NCBI GenBank assembly: GCA_026936335.1
Contig: JAPMXV010000054.1
Coordinates: 186,001 to 250,000, forward strand
From: Mantamonas sphyraenae STR306
Lineage: Eukaryota > Protista > CRuMs
Direction: 5' to 3'
DNA length: 64,000 nt
The position numbers were made by a program, and so were the translations under genes. Below the pieces are notes generated by a model, which did not search any database, had not been told where the DNA came from, and saw only the letters and a list, made by a program, of their open reading frames with translations. Shown piece by piece: positions 44,323 to 57,600 of the stretch (the stretch's first letter is position 1; each line of letters begins with the position of its first letter).

Positions 44323-44439
44323 GGCAGGGGGGGGGAAATGAAAAAGTTGTTTTTCGTTTGGCCACCATCGCGCACGCATCCCACTGCTGCTGCTGCTGAC
44401 ACACGCACACACTCGCAACAGCTGCCGTTTGGTTGTTGA

Positions 44440-45338
44440 TCAAAGGGCATCCCTGCTGCTGTAGAGCAGCTTGTCGGTCATGGGTGTGCCGGAGCCGCTT
44501 TGGATGAGATACTGCTGGTCTTCGGCGTACTTTTTCCAGGCAATGACGACAATGGCGGAGTTGAGGAGGAGGCAGACGCCGCTCATCACAAGCGGGAGGG
44601 GAATGGTGACAGTGGTGCCGTGGGGAGTGGGCACGTGATCTTGGATGAGGAGTGCGGTGAGCGAGTAGAGCTTCAACACACCGCACAGCCACATCACCGT
44701 GTACCAGATGGGCAACGTCTTGTCGCGCGGCACGTCACGGCTGTGCTCTTCGTACAACAGCCACGCAGCAAAGAACTGTGGGGGGGGGGGGGAGGGGGGG
44801 GTGGTTGTTGGGGAAGGGGGGCAGTTGAAGGTGCATACAGGGGCGAGTGAGCGAGTTGCACACACGGAGCATTGGTCACTTGGGGCAGGTCGGTGCAGAG
44901 TGGCGCAGAAACGGCGGAACTGATGCTGTGGCCGTGGAGAGGGGAACAACAAACGTAGGAGAGCACACAGGTAGGGTGACATGGGCTGGTGGTGGGCAAG
45001 TGATAACGTACCCACATGAGAAGGGAAAGGCCCGCAGCAACCATTTCAACCGCGTGGACTTGGAGGCCTTTCTCAAAGTGTTGCTTGAGATAGGTGATGA
45101 GAACGCCCAGAGAGGCAAAGCCGATGGATGTGCTGATGCACAGTTCGGCTACAAATACATAGGTGGGGTGGGCGTTGGCCACGTGCTGATAGTTCCAGCG
45201 CACGTCATGCAGCCGTTTGCTGCCGAGGACCAGGAGCAGCAGGTAGGCCACTCCAAAGATCACAAGCTCCCGAAAGCACGGCGCAAAGGCAATGCCTTCC
45301 ATGGGGAAGAACCCCGACGAGCCACAGAACGCCTCCAT
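44440..45338 (-). CDS. Small ~220-aa multi-TM protein resembling the TMD0 of ABCC/MRP transporters (intron 45011-44776)
   Basis: MEAFCG...[19 protein letters not shown]; a phase-0 GTACGT..CACAG intron joins to [23 protein letters not shown]; ends with PMTDKLL. Confidence 0.6.
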
Positions 45339-45437
45339 GCCCCAGCCAAAGTCGCGTTGGTGAAGGCGGCGCCGCGCCGTCGCCGCCAAACACCAGAAAG
45401 CGCAGCCCACAGGCAAAAACCAGCCACACAGCGCGCC

Positions 45438-47777
45438 ATGGACGCCAGCACGCAGCGACGAGCATACATGTTCCGACGCACTGTGGCGCTGGAGCATCTG
45501 GTGGACAAGCGCGAGGCAGATGGAGACGTGGAAGGCGCACGTGCGCTGCTGCGCAGCCTGCTCGGGTTCCTGACAACGCAACGCGCGCAAGACGAGCAGC
45601 TCCTGCGCAGCAAGCTCAAGCAGCAGCAAGACAAGCGTGCGTCCAACGGCGTCCCGAACCAGGACACATCGAAGGACGCCGGAGCACGCAACGGCCATGA
45701 CCATGGTGGAGCAGGAGGCGCGTACACCATCTCGCTCGCCACAACAAACGGTGCCACTGAGCTCAAGGAACTGCGTTCCCGCTACGCCGCGTTCATGGAT
45801 GTATATTTGGAGCGATTGCACAACCTTGGCGCACAGCAGGATGCGTTACGCCAGGAAACGGGTGGTCTTGCGGTGGGTGATCAGAGCCCGCACGCAAAGG
45901 TGACCCTGCAGCAGGTGGCAGAGTGTCGCGAGCTGAAACGTCTGGGCAACAATGTGCGCAAGGCCAAGTTGGCTGCCATGGCTGACAATGCACGTGACAT
46001 GGCCCAGCGCTACCGCGAGGCGGTGAGACAAAAGACGGCAGCCTCCTCTACCGCTCGCGGACGTGTCAACTTGACACGCAGCCGAGCTTCCCCGGTCAAG
46101 CAGACGGCCCTGGATCATCCTCAGGGCAAGCGTACACGTGGCTTCGATGCACAGGACGCATCATCATCATCATCATCATCATCATCAGCAGCCGTTGGGT
46201 CCTCCTCCTCCTCCTCCTCCTCCGCACATGCTGCCAAGCGACAGCGCGTGCAACAACATGCCGCATCTGCCTTTTACGACCTGTCCCAAGAGTCACAGGA
46301 GGACGTGCGAGCAAGGTCATCCTCTTCCAGCAGCAGCAGCGGCGGCGGCAGCTCGGTGATGAACAAGGGAGATTTCGTTACGGCAAAGCGGCAGATGCAC
46401 CTGGACAATCAGCAGAACGGACAGGCAGGACGCAATGGGACAGGAAAGGGCGCAGGGAAGCGCAAGGGCCTGCGAAGGCGCACAAAGATGAGCAGCCAGC
46501 TCGACGCAAGCAACAAATCGTATCGGGGCAAGGACATCCTGGAAGGCGCCGAGGATGGCGAGGAAATTGGCAGCTTCAGCGGAGGACCGTCGTATTCGTT
46601 CAACCAAAACCCGTCGGCAACGCTGGGAGGCAATGGACGCAACAAGCGAGGCGGCAGCGGCAGCAGCAAGAAGCAGAAGGAGGGCGAAAAGGGCGAGTAT
46701 GAACGAGCCAATCCGCCCGAGATGTACGAGGACGAACGGTTGAAGAATGTGGATCCCAAGATGATCGACATGATCACAAACGAGATCCTGGACCACGGGG
46801 AGCCTGTGACGTGGGCTGATATCGCAGGGCTGGAGTTTGCCAAGAAGACGGTCAACGAAATGGTGATCTATCCCATGCTGCGCCCAGACATCTTTACGGG
46901 CCTTCGTGCACCTCCGAAGGGCCTGCTGCTGTTTGGTCCGCCGGGCACAGGCAAGACACTGATTTGCAAGGCCATTGCGCACGAGAGCAAGGCCACGTTT
47001 TTCAGCATTTCGTCGAGCACACTGACGAGCAAGTGGGTGGGTGAGGGCGAAAAGATGGTCAAGGCCCTGTTCAAGGTGGCTGCGTACTTCCAGCCGTCGG
47101 TGATCTTTATCGACGAGATCGACTCGCTGCTGACCGCGCGCAAGGAGGACGACACAGAGTCGTCGCGACGTATCAAGACAGAGTTTCTGGTGCAGTTTGA
47201 CGGCGCCGGTGTGTCGTCGGAAGACCGCATTCTGGTGGTCGGGGCGACCAACTGCCCCGACCAGCTGGACGAGGCTGCCAAGAGGCGTCTTGCCAAGAGG
47301 TTGTACATTCCGCTGCCTGGTCCCGAGGCACGGCAGCAGCTGATCACGCGGCTGCTGGAGAAGAACAAGGAGGTGCATTCGCTGGGAAGCGACGAACTCA
47401 ACGAAATCGTGCGTCTGTCCAAGGGCTACTCGGGCAGCGATCTGAAGCACCTGTGCGAGGAGGCAGCCATGGGGCCCGTGCGAGACTGTGTGGACATCAC
47501 AAACACCAGCAAGGGCGACATGCGACCCATCATGCTCAAGGATTTCCTCGATGCACTCAAACTCGCGCGCGCAAGCGTGTCCCAGAAGGATCTCAAGCTG
47601 TTCCTCGACTGGAATGTCGACTACGGTTCCTTCCAGTTTCCCGACGTGGACGAGGATGCCGAGTGGGAGAAGAGGCAGGCAGAGCAAAAGGCTCAAACTG
47701 CCGACAAAGTGCAAGCGGCAAGTGCAAGCGACAACACAAACACAAACACAAACGCGATGGATGTGGAGATCGAATGA
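45438..47777 (+). CDS. FIGNL1: Fidgetin-like 1 AAA+ ATPase
   Basis: FVTAK.Q motif, [74 protein letters not shown]. Confidence 0.92.
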   Translation: MDASTQRRAYMFRRTVALEHLVDKREADGDVEGARALLRSLLGFLTTQRAQDEQLLRSKLKQQQDKRASNGVPNQDTSKDAGARNGHDHGGAGGAYTISLATTNGATELKELRSRYAAFMDVYLERLHNLGAQQDALRQETGGLAVGDQSPHAKVTLQQVAECRELKRLGNNVRKAKLAAMADNARDMAQRYREAVRQKTAASSTARGRVNLTRSRASPVKQTALDHPQGKRTRGFDAQDASSSSSSSSSAAVGSSSSSSSSAHAAKRQRVQQHAASAFYDLSQESQEDVRARSSSSSSSSGGGSSVMNKGDFVTAKRQMHLDNQQNGQAGRNGTGKGAGKRKGLRRRTKMSSQLDASNKSYRGKDILEGAEDGEEIGSFSGGPSYSFNQNPSATLGGNGRNKRGGSGSSKKQKEGEKGEYERANPPEMYEDERLKNVDPKMIDMITNEILDHGEPVTWADIAGLEFAKKTVNEMVIYPMLRPDIFTGLRAPPKGLLLFGPPGTGKTLICKAIAHESKATFFSISSSTLTSKWVGEGEKMVKALFKVAAYFQPSVIFIDEIDSLLTARKEDDTESSRRIKTEFLVQFDGAGVSSEDRILVVGATNCPDQLDEAAKRRLAKRLYIPLPGPEARQQLITRLLEKNKEVHSLGSDELNEIVRLSKGYSGSDLKHLCEEAAMGPVRDCVDITNTSKGDMRPIMLKDFLDALKLARASVSQKDLKLFLDWNVDYGSFQFPDVDEDAEWEKRQAEQKAQTADKVQAASASDNTNTNTNAMDVEIE

Positions 47778-47870
47778 GCGATCCTGTGTGGGTGGATGTG
47801 AACAAATCGATGCAGGGATTCATCCCAACTGTGCCCGCGCACGCTGACCACCCCAGCCAAATTCGCCCCA

Positions 47871-49213
47871 ATGCAACGCTATAAGAAAACCGAAGAGATT
47901 GGCGAGGGAGGATTCGGCGTGGTGTACAAAGCAATCGACACAGAGAGCGAGACCGAAGGGGAGGTAGTTGCTGTGAAACGGATCCGCCTGGGTCGAGGAG
48001 GCGTGGGGGTGCCACAGGATGCGTTGCGCGAGATCAACATCCTGCAAGAGGTGTCTCACGAGAACATCATCACGGTAAGGGAGAAGGAGGGGCAAGGGAT
48101 GATGCAAGGACAAAAAAGAGGGAAAGGAGAAATCATTGACACAGCAAGGCAGCTGCGAGACGTGGTGTACCACAACCAGAGTATCAACCTCGTGTTGGAC
48201 TGCATGAGTCACGATCTAAAGGATGTGATTGACGACAGGGATTTGATCATGAGCGCAGGGGACATCAAGTGCTACATGAGGCAGTTCCTGCAGGGACTCG
48301 AGCACCTGCACAAGAACTTTGTGCTGCACAGGGTAGGCTTCTCGGTTGCCTCATCCCGTGCAACCGTCACACTCACACTCACACTCACACATACACACAC
48401 GCGTCCACAGGATATCAAACCAGACAATCTGCTGCTGGACACAGAAGGCAACCTCAAGATCACCGACTTTGGTCTGGCCCGCTTCTACGGCGACTCCGAC
48501 CCGGAGTACTCCAAGGACGTGGTGACACTGTAGGTGCAGGCAACCGACGCATGCGTGTGAAGATGTCCCCGCCCATCCAGTGCGCGATGCGGTGGTAAAT
48601 GCGACGACTGACACGATGGGGCAGGTTTTATCGGGCGCCGGAGCTGTTGTTTGGCGCGCGGCAGTACGGCCCGGCGGTGGACATGTGGGCGGCCGGATGC
48701 GTGTTTGCAGAAATGATGCTGCGTACGTTCTACCTGCCTGTGGATCGGGATTCGGTGCTGGCGGAGCTGGATGTGATCTTCCGAGCTCTGGGCACGCCGA
48801 GTGAGGAGGATTGGCCAGGGATGACCAAGCTGCCCGACTACTTCCAGCCCAAGGAGTACGCCAGACCCGACCTGGGCGAGCTGTTCAGTGCAGCCAGCGA
48901 CAATGCCCTGGATCTGCTCCAGCAAATGCTCATTTTCGATCCCACACAGCGCATCAGCGCAGAGGAAGCCCTCGCTCACCCGTACTTTGGCGACCACGTC
49001 AAGGAGAGCAAACGGGAAAAGCTGCCACTGCCCACAAAGGTTCTCAAACGCATGGGCCAAACAACACAGGCTTCCAGTTCGTCTCGTGCCGGCGCCACAA
49101 GCAGCAGCGCAGGAGGCCTATCCGGCGACATGGATCTCGAAGAGAGTGGCACCAGTGTGCTCAAGAAGAAGCTGTTTGGCAATGTGGACGACGACGACGA
49201 CGAGGAGTTTTGA
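47871..49213 (+). CDS. Cyclin-dependent kinase, CDK7-like, multi-exon
   Basis: IGEGGFGVVYKA, VAVKRIRLG..G....ALREI, HR|DIKPDNLL, DFGLAR, VVTL|FYRAPELLFGARQYG..VDMWA, C-terminal LKKKLF. Confidence 0.8.
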
Positions 49214-49314
49214 TGGGCGGATGGGCTGGGTCGGTGTGAGGGTGGCAAGACAGTCTGGTGCAAGCGCAGGGTGAGCCAACGCAGCAGCGACAGAGAGAGA
49301 GAGAAGGAGAGAAG

Positions 49315-50225
49315 ATGTCGACGGTCGATTTGGACGTTGACGAAGAAATGGAGTTTTTCCTGTATGTGCAGATCAACAGTACGGAGAAGCGCAAGGAAGA
49401 TGGGGCAAAGAAGGAGCACACTGTACGTTGATGGCGAGGCGCGGGGGCGAGAGTTTGAACGACCACTCACCTTTGGTACACGCGCGGCGCGTTTCCACAC
49501 ACACACACAGGTGTACAAGATCGAGGTGTCCAACAACACAAAGGAATGGGAGGTGTACCGTCGCTACAGCGAGTTTGACCAGCTTCTGACAACGGTAAGT
49601 GGGCCGGAAGCCGTCGTAAAGCGCGCTGTGTGCGATGGCACATTTCGGCGAGGAGAGCTGACACACACGCAACACGGCACGACACATGACACCTGCACAC
49701 CATGCATGCGGGAAAACGGTCATACGTACGGCACCACCCACGCACCCCGACACAGCTGGAACAAAAGTACCCTGAGCGCCCGATGCCGGACTTTCCGCTC
49801 AAGACACTGTGGGGCGAATTGGTGAGTGTTTTCGGTCCCTCTCGCGGGGACGGCTGCACGGGACGCACGGGTGACGCGAGGGTGGCACAGACGAAACGTG
49901 TGTGCAGCGTGCATGCGTGCAGACACACGGCGTGGCAGGGTGCACATGTGCTGACACAGCATGGGTGGCTTGGACAACACACACACAGGACCCGGGAGTG
50001 GTGGAGAAGCGTCGCACAATGTTTGCCAAGTTCCTGGAAGGCGTGCTGAGCGACCCGTTCATGAACCGCTCCGAGGACTTGATGAAGTTCTTGGGTGCTG
50101 AGATTCCCAAGAGCTACACAGAGACGGTGAAGAAGTCCAAGAAGAAGAAGAAGAAGAAGAAGAAGAAGAAGCAGGTCGACGAGGACGAGGACGAAGAGGT
50201 GGACGAAGAGGATCTCGAGGACTAA
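49315..50225 (+). CDS. Small PX-domain (sorting-nexin-like) protein with a Lys/acidic tail, 4 exons
   Basis: VYKIEV..WEVYRRYSEF, MPDFPLK, VVEKRR..FL....FLG. Confidence 0.75.
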
Positions 50226-50458
50226 AATTACAGCCTCGGTAGTGGGTACAGTAACCCAGGGATGATGAAACACACATGGGTGATGGAGGGGGGGAGGGGA
50301 ACAGCAAAACAAAACCAGTTGAAAACAAACGGCGACCGTGGAGCCAAAACAACGGCACTATGGACGGAGGGAAGGAAGGAGAGACAAGCAGCGCACCAAC
50401 CGCAAAAGGTGCGCAAGAGTCAAAGGCGCGTGCAACGAAGCGCACGAGCGCAGCGGCG

Positions 50459-51168
50459 ATGAAGTGGAAGAGCGCAGGGCACGACGTGGTGTCCCTCCTG
50501 CGCGAGATCTCCATGTACGAGGCCATTGCAGAAAACCTCAAGGAAGGCTATGAAGAGAAGATCGACCAGATGGACGCCGAGCTGGAGGCGCTGCGCAACG
50601 AGAACAACGCCCTGCGGGCACAGCTCGACCAGGAGGACGCAACCAACGCCGCAGGTGAAGGTGAATCGCTCATCGAGACCGTGCAAAGGCTGGAGAGTGA
50701 AGTCAAGCTGTGGCGACGCATTGCCGAGGAAAACGTGGATGGTGAGTGACAAACGGGTGCCCTTGTGTCGGAAATGTCCTGGGAGGGGCGATTCACCCAC
50801 TTGCCACCATACCCACACACACACACACACACACACACATGTGCGCTACACAATCACACACAGACAAAGACCAGCAGATCGAAGACCTGCAGGAGCAACT
50901 TCAAAGCGAAATCGAAACGTCACAGAGCCTGAACAGCGAGCTGAAAGCGAGCAAACGCGAGGCGGAGCGGCTTGCCAAGGCGGAGGCACAAGCGCTGAGC
51001 GACAGGAAGCAGCTGTACGCACAGATCAAGGCTCTGCAGGTGGCCATGGTTGCTCTGGGCAAGCAGGCAGAAGAGTTGGAAATCACAAAGAGTGCACTGC
51101 TGAGCATGCAACAGGGTACGTGAGGGCAGACGGCGAGGCACCCACCCACCCACCCACGACGGCTGACA

Positions 51169-51205
<37 letters not shown>

Positions 51206-51804
51206 GCGTCGACATTTGAAAAGCACTTTCAGAACTCATACGAGCGACGTCTAAGTGGTGAGTGTGCAGGATGGCCAGCCGTTGAACAGCGGTTGACACA
51301 AGAGGGCGGCGTTGGCCGAGAGCGATCCCGTTTTTGCGGCCGCCGTGCAGCTGACACCCCAACGCAGAGCTGATCAATATGGACCATGCCAGCAAGACCA
51401 AGATGGAGGCGGATCTGGCCAAGCTGGAGGCAGAGGTGGAGCAGTACAGGGTGCGGGAATTTGAAATAATCCAGGGAGAACAGGCAAAGGCCAAGCAGGC
51501 GGAAAAGGTGACCAATTCGTACCAGAAAAAGCTGGACAAGCTGCAAGCGCAGGTGGACAAGCTCAAGGCGGACAACGACAAGCTAAAGAGCAAGCTGGAG
51601 TCGGTGCAGTCACGCGAGAGCGACCTGCTAAAGAGCACACGCACAAACGACGCACGCACCGAACGTATGATGAAGTATTTGCGGCAGAAACTGACGGACG
51701 AGCAGAAACGAAGCGAAGAGCTGGAGATGAAGCAGCACCTCACCGGAAGCGCACGCCTGTCGTCGCGATCACGCCGTTCCAGCTCCACGCCCAAGTAGGT
51801 GTCA

Positions 51805-51847
<43 letters not shown>

Positions 51848-52812
51848 CCCACACACACACTGACACCATCGTTGGTCGTCTTGGCAGTGTGACTCTGAGC
51901 GAGCTGAAGGAGAACCTTTCGTACGAGAACCTTTGTCACACGCCGCAGATGGCCTCGTACTTCAGGGAATACCTCAAGGAGCGGTACTGCGAAGAGAGTC
52001 TGGACTTTGTGGTGGGTGTGCATGCATTCAACGCCCTGGAGGAGGGTAGCGAGGCGCAGAAGGAAGCAGCCGAGGCCATCTATGCGGCACACGTGGCAGC
52101 CGGCTCGCCAGGCGAAATCAACGTGGACCACGAAACCATCAGCAAACTGCGCACCGCTCACACAGAAGGCACAGTGACCAAAGGTATGTTTGACGCGGCC
52201 AAAAAGAGCATCGACTTTATCCTGCGCATGGAGAGCTATCCCGAGTTTCTCAAGTCTCCCCAGTGCAGGGAACTGCTGCTGGACGAGGCGGCGCTTGCAC
52301 ACGTGCGTCCCCAGGCTCCGGCTGCCGAGGCGGCAGCCAAGGGCAAAGGCAAGCAAACCACAGACGCTGAGGGCACCCAGCAGCAGGGAAGCAGCACCAG
52401 CAGCGCACGAGCGCACCGGAAAAACCGCTTTGTTTCGCTTGCCGACGTGCTGGACAACCCAGTGTACTGTGCCTACCTGCGCACCTTCCTCAGCAAGGAA
52501 TACTCAGAGGAGAACCTGGACTTTCTGTTGCAGGTGCGCGAGTACCATGCGCTGGGCGAGACCCACCTGGCTTCCATGGCCCAGACCATTGCCGACGTAT
52601 ACATCAGCGAGGAGGCCACCAAGCAGGTCAACATCGACTACGATGTGCGCGAATCCATTATGGCCACTTTGCGCGATTCAGAAAACCCTGTGACGCACAC
52701 CCTCTTTGACGAAGCCGAGCGCGCCGTCAAGGATCTGCTCGGCACCGATTCCTTCAATCGCTTTCTTCGCTCTCCTGAGTATGAAGAGATGCGCCGTGAC
52801 GCGAGCCTGTGA
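50459..52812 (+). CDS. Coiled-coil protein with two C-terminal RGS domains, multi-exon
   Basis: Long heptad region; RGS1 FREYLKERYCEESLDF..EINVD..SYPEFLKS; RGS2 LRTFLSKEYSEENLDF..QVNID..DSFNRFLRS. Confidence 0.85.
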
Positions 52813-54612
52813 TGTGTTCTCGTTCCTGTACAAGCATGCTGTGCTTAGATCGCAGCTCTGCGCATTCCTTGAGCTGTGCGTGGTCGTGTGTGTGAGTCGG
52901 AGGGTTGGGTTGTTGAACGGCACACAAAAATGGAAACCATCGTCTCCAAGAACGAAACAACAACGCCACATGCTCACGTGGTGCGCTTTCCGACAGTCTC
53001 CGATTATTCTGCGTCGTCCGCTGTCCCACACGCTTCTCGGGAAGCCACAGCAGCCTTTCGCACACCACACTCGGCACTGGAGAGTGTATACAAAAATACG
53101 AAAATGGACCGCGACCACAACTCACAATGCCTTCCAGCTTCATCAGGTCTCCTTGCAATCCCATTACTTCGTTGAAAACCACCTCGAATGGGTTCATTCC
53201 CATCTTCATTTCCTGTTTTGCAGACATGGATTCAGGAGGATGCGTGCTCAACGTGCGTTGCTTGTGTTGGAGCGGTCGGCGCCCTTCACCGTCCGTGACA
53301 TGAACAGCTGCAGTGCCTCTCCGTCATCCTGCGCCTCCAACTCCACCTTTGCAGGTGCTTCCGGGTGATGAAGACTCTCCAGCGTGTCCTGGAAGCGCAG
53401 CAGGTCCACGTTGTTGTTTGCCTCTCCAGCACGCTCCCGCTGAACAGAGCCTCCTCCTCTTCTTTCGACACTCCTGCTGCCTTCGTTTGCATCCCTTTCC
53501 TCCGTTACCCCCGTCTCCACCTCTGGACAGTTCAGTTCTGCGGGTGGAGACGCCACTTCCCATGGCTTCCGTGTCCTGGCCCCCGTCAGTTGGTCCTGTT
53601 GCTTCCACAGCTCGGCTGCAGAGCGAGATGTCGTCTCATCAGACGATTGGGGCAACACCGACCAATCCACGTGCGTTGTCTCAAACGCCTCCTCCTCCTC
53701 TTCCTCCTCCCACGCATCCGCTTCCACCTGCTCGCTCCTTGTGTCCACACCGTCCTCCTGTGCACGGGACGCTTCTGAATGCCCTCCCACCACCACCACA
53801 CGCTTGGGTGACCCATCTTCGTCCAGTTGCACGGGCTTCTGCGGCTCCATGGCCTCCCACTGCTGTACAACGCGCCGCGGTGTGTCTACAAGCGGGTTGC
53901 CCACCACCAGGCAATCCGAGCTGTCGTGTGTCACCACCTCCACACCCCATTCTGTCTCTCGCACCTCCATGTGTGCACGCCGGCTTGGGCGTCCACTCAG
54001 CACCTGCCGTGCAGCGCGCAAGTGCTCCACGTCCACGTCCCGCCCGTACAGCTCCTTGTCTGCCTCTGCCTGCTCCTCGGCTTCCCTCCCAACCTCATCC
54101 TTGCCTTTTCCACTCCCACGCACAAACACAGACTCCTCCCACGCCGCTTGCAAACCCAACAACGCAGATTCCAGCTCACTGGCCGCCAGAGGGAAGTGTT
54201 CAGCCTCTGGTACCCTCAGGCAGCTGCCGTTCTGCCCTTCCAGGACCAGCTCGCCCCCCTCCGCTTTTACACTGCGCACAGACGAGACATGCATCTGCTC
54301 GCTCTCGCTGCTGTTGCATCGCCGCCACAGCACCGACGTCGCGCTCCGATCCAGCGAAAACTGCCACCAGGTGTCACCTACACTCATCCACGTCCCTTCC
54401 ATGAGTGCAAACAGCCGCCTGCGCAGACGTTGTGCACGTTCCACCTGTTCGTCTCGTGCCAATGCCCTTTGCGTTGCGTGTTCTTGCCGTCGAAGCGACC
54501 GCGTCCGCTGCACTGTGTTCTTCAGCACCCTGCTGTCCCGTACATTGCCTCTTGGGAAGAAGGGTGCCGCCGGCAGGTCGGACGGTGACAGATTTGGTTT
54601 GGAAGACGACAT
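52754..54612 (-). CDS. Hypothetical protein (main exon 53248-54612, possibly PH-like N-terminal part; probable small 3' coiled-coil exons to 52754)
   Basis: Long ORF; downstream phase-0 splice sites (GGCATT|GTGAGT, CACAG|CTCAAG) give an in-frame coiled-coil. The 3' part could instead be a separate small gene. Confidence 0.45.
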
Positions 54613-54686
54613 GGGACAAATCGATGGACGATTGCAAAACAGATTGATTGGACCGCGGCTCGACGCACACACTCTCTCCCAACTCC

Positions 54687-57600
54687 CTAGTCGTTGTCAA
54701 TGGCACGGCAGTTTGTGCATGCATACAACAGACGCTCTCGCATGATGTCGAAGCTGGAGTAGTCAGGCAGGTCAAGTTGGAAGAAGCACGTGTGGCTTTC
54801 AGGCAGCGCACCGTCCGTGTTGCGTGCGTTGTTGGCCGAGCTCAGGATGAAGCGTGTGTTCTGCTGCTGGTCCATCTCCTGCAGTGTCAGCGGCATGCGT
54901 GAGCGGCCCCACACAAAGCGCAGGAAATCCTGACGTTCCTGCGGCGAGAACGACTCCATCACACGCCAGAACAGCTTCACGGTCTTGCTGTTCGGTGCAT
55001 GACTGCGGTAGTTGGTGATCTTGCGCAACAGCTTCAGATCCACATCCGGCACGCCGCACACACGCTGTTCCACGCTACTCCACGAGAACAAACACAGCAA
55101 GCGGAACGGAACAATGCTGCTCAGGCCCTGGCGCACCCATTCCACCTGCTGGTCAAACTCGTGCAGGCGGTACTGTTCCACCAGCTGCACAAACTCCAGC
55201 CTGTTCTCAAACGTCACTGCACGCTCCGCCCCGTCGGGCACCAGCGGCACCGTCACCCCGTCACTGTTGATGGTCGTAAACGTTTCCTCAATGATGTCCT
55301 GGAACACCTCTGCCGTCACTCCCTTCTTGTCGATGTTGGCAATCGACGCGTTGCACTGGACGCACATCTGGTCCACCGCCTCAAGGTCGCTCACGTGCAA
55401 CGGAAGCTTCAGCAGCGACTTCCAGAACAGCGACGGCAGGTTCAGCTCCAGCGTGTAGCTTGTGCGCAACGAAATGCCCAGCAGCTTGCCAAAGAACACA
55501 AAGTATGCTTCGTAGCGCTTGCTGGTCAAGCTCGGGTTGGGAATAAACTTATCGCGGTTCACGCCCACCTGATGCTTTGCGTTTGGCACAGGAATCAGCA
55601 GGTGTGTGTGCGGCGACTGCAGTTCCTGGATCATCTGCGTGAATCCCTCGCGGTACACGCCGCCTGCGTCGATGGCATGCTCCATCTCCAGTTTCAGCGA
55701 CCAGGCGTTTTCGCTTGGCTTGCAGCGCATGTACCGCGGATCCACAGTCGCCAGCTGCCTGGAAATCTGTCCAAACACAGTCTGTTCCAGCACACGCTCG
55801 CTCGGCGCCTGGCCAATCAACTTGAACGCACGATGGCGGTTGATTGTCACTCCCACACGCGACTTGGATGACTGCGTGCGCACCAGCGCCTTGCTCCAAA
55901 TCTTCATCTTGGAGTCGGGCAGAATGACGCCACGGCCCTGACCCACCAAGTGGCCCAGCGTGTGTGGCACCTCCATCGTGGAAATGTCCACAAAGCGCAG
56001 CTGTTTGTTCATGCGCTTGTTGAATTGTTGCAGGATCAGCACTCGCTCCTGCATCTTGGACACAGGCACACCTTCACGGAGCATGCGGAACGGCAGCAAG
56101 TCTGCCTGCTTTGGCTTGAACGAGGCAAAGTCCAGCTGCATCGCGTCGCGATCCCTGGTCTTGGCCACCTGCTGCAGCAGTTTGGTCAGCTGCTGGTCCA
56201 TCTGCGGCGTAAACACCATCTGCTCCTGTGCAAACGCGTCCAACTCGCTCGCGTGCTTCTCCATGATGTTGGTCGTGGCCTCGGTGGTAAACTCGGTGGG
56301 GCGCACCTGCATCATGTAGCCAAACGTGTTGGACGTACCCGACGCCTTTGTGGCAAACGATTGGTGTCGGCGCGGAAACCCAATCATCGTCACATGGTCG
56401 CCAGGCGACTTGAGGGTGATCCCAACGCGGAACGTGTGGCCACGCAGCTGCTGGTTCGTCACTGCTGCCACAAAGGGGCCTCGGTTCACGCTAAAGCTAA
56501 GCGTGTTTGCATCCAGGTTCAGCTGCATGCCCACAATGTCGCCTGCGCTCACCTTGGACAGGCCCTTGACCTTGATTTCGCTGCCGCTGCTGCCCACAGA
56601 GCCCGACGTGCGGAAAGCATACGAGCCGCTCGTGTCACCCACCGGGTTGGCAAACTCTGTTGACGCCTCACGTGCAATGCCAAAGTACGCCTTGTCCTTG
56701 AGCGAGTTGATCTGGAAGAACAGTGTCACTACGCCACTCGCAGGCAGCGAGTGTGAGTAAGCGCAGGCCACCAGCTTGCGCGTGTTGACTCCCGGCTGCG
56801 TCAGGCATACAGACACTCCGTCCCTTTGCAGCTCCAGCTTGCTGCTGATCATCTCTGGGTCAAAGAACAGCGACGGTCGCACAGGAAAGTGACAATACAC
56901 GCGTCCGGTTTCAAAGTGCAGATGGCGTGCTCCGTCCCGGTCCTTGAACGGGTTGTGCCTGTACACATCCAAGATCTGCGTGCCGCGGCTGTCGGCCGTA
57001 AACAGCATGCAATCGTCACGTGCCAGCTTGCTCTTGCTATCAATGGTCACCTTGATTGCGGTGGCATGCGGCACGTGGATCGCCTGTGTCACCGTGCGCC
57101 GTGCGTACGGGTGTGCGCTCTCGTACATCTTGGGGTTGTAGTTGGCACGAATCATCAGGTAGCTCTCCGCAAGAAAGTAACGCGGCAACGTGCGGTGCTG
57201 CACAAGTCGCTCCAGCACCTCCATCACCTCCATGTACTCTTGGAACGCCGCGTAGTTCAACAGTTGCTTGTCTGCCTCGCTGATGTTCTTGGGCACCGAC
57301 ACCACCGCGCCAGACGATCCTGCGCCACCCGACGACGACGATGAAGATGATGACGACGACGAAGACGAAGACGACGACACGTTGCCCCCGCGTCGGGAGC
57401 TCCTGCGTCCGTCTCGGCTCTGCTTGGCTTTGGCCTTCTTGGCCTTCCTCTGGTCCTTGGCGTCACTCTTGCCCTCGTTCCCTGTCTTGCCCTCCAGCCA
57501 CAGCTGCAGCACAGGGTCGATGACAACCTGCTCCAGCATGGTTTCCTCGTCCATCTCGCCGCGCTTGAGCTTGTAGTGGCGCACAGCGCGGTGGAGCTCG

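Noticed and set aside
50813-51860. (CA)n and similar dinucleotide tracts as special elements
   Set aside because: They are ordinary intronic microsatellites, recurring near splice acceptors throughout the window.
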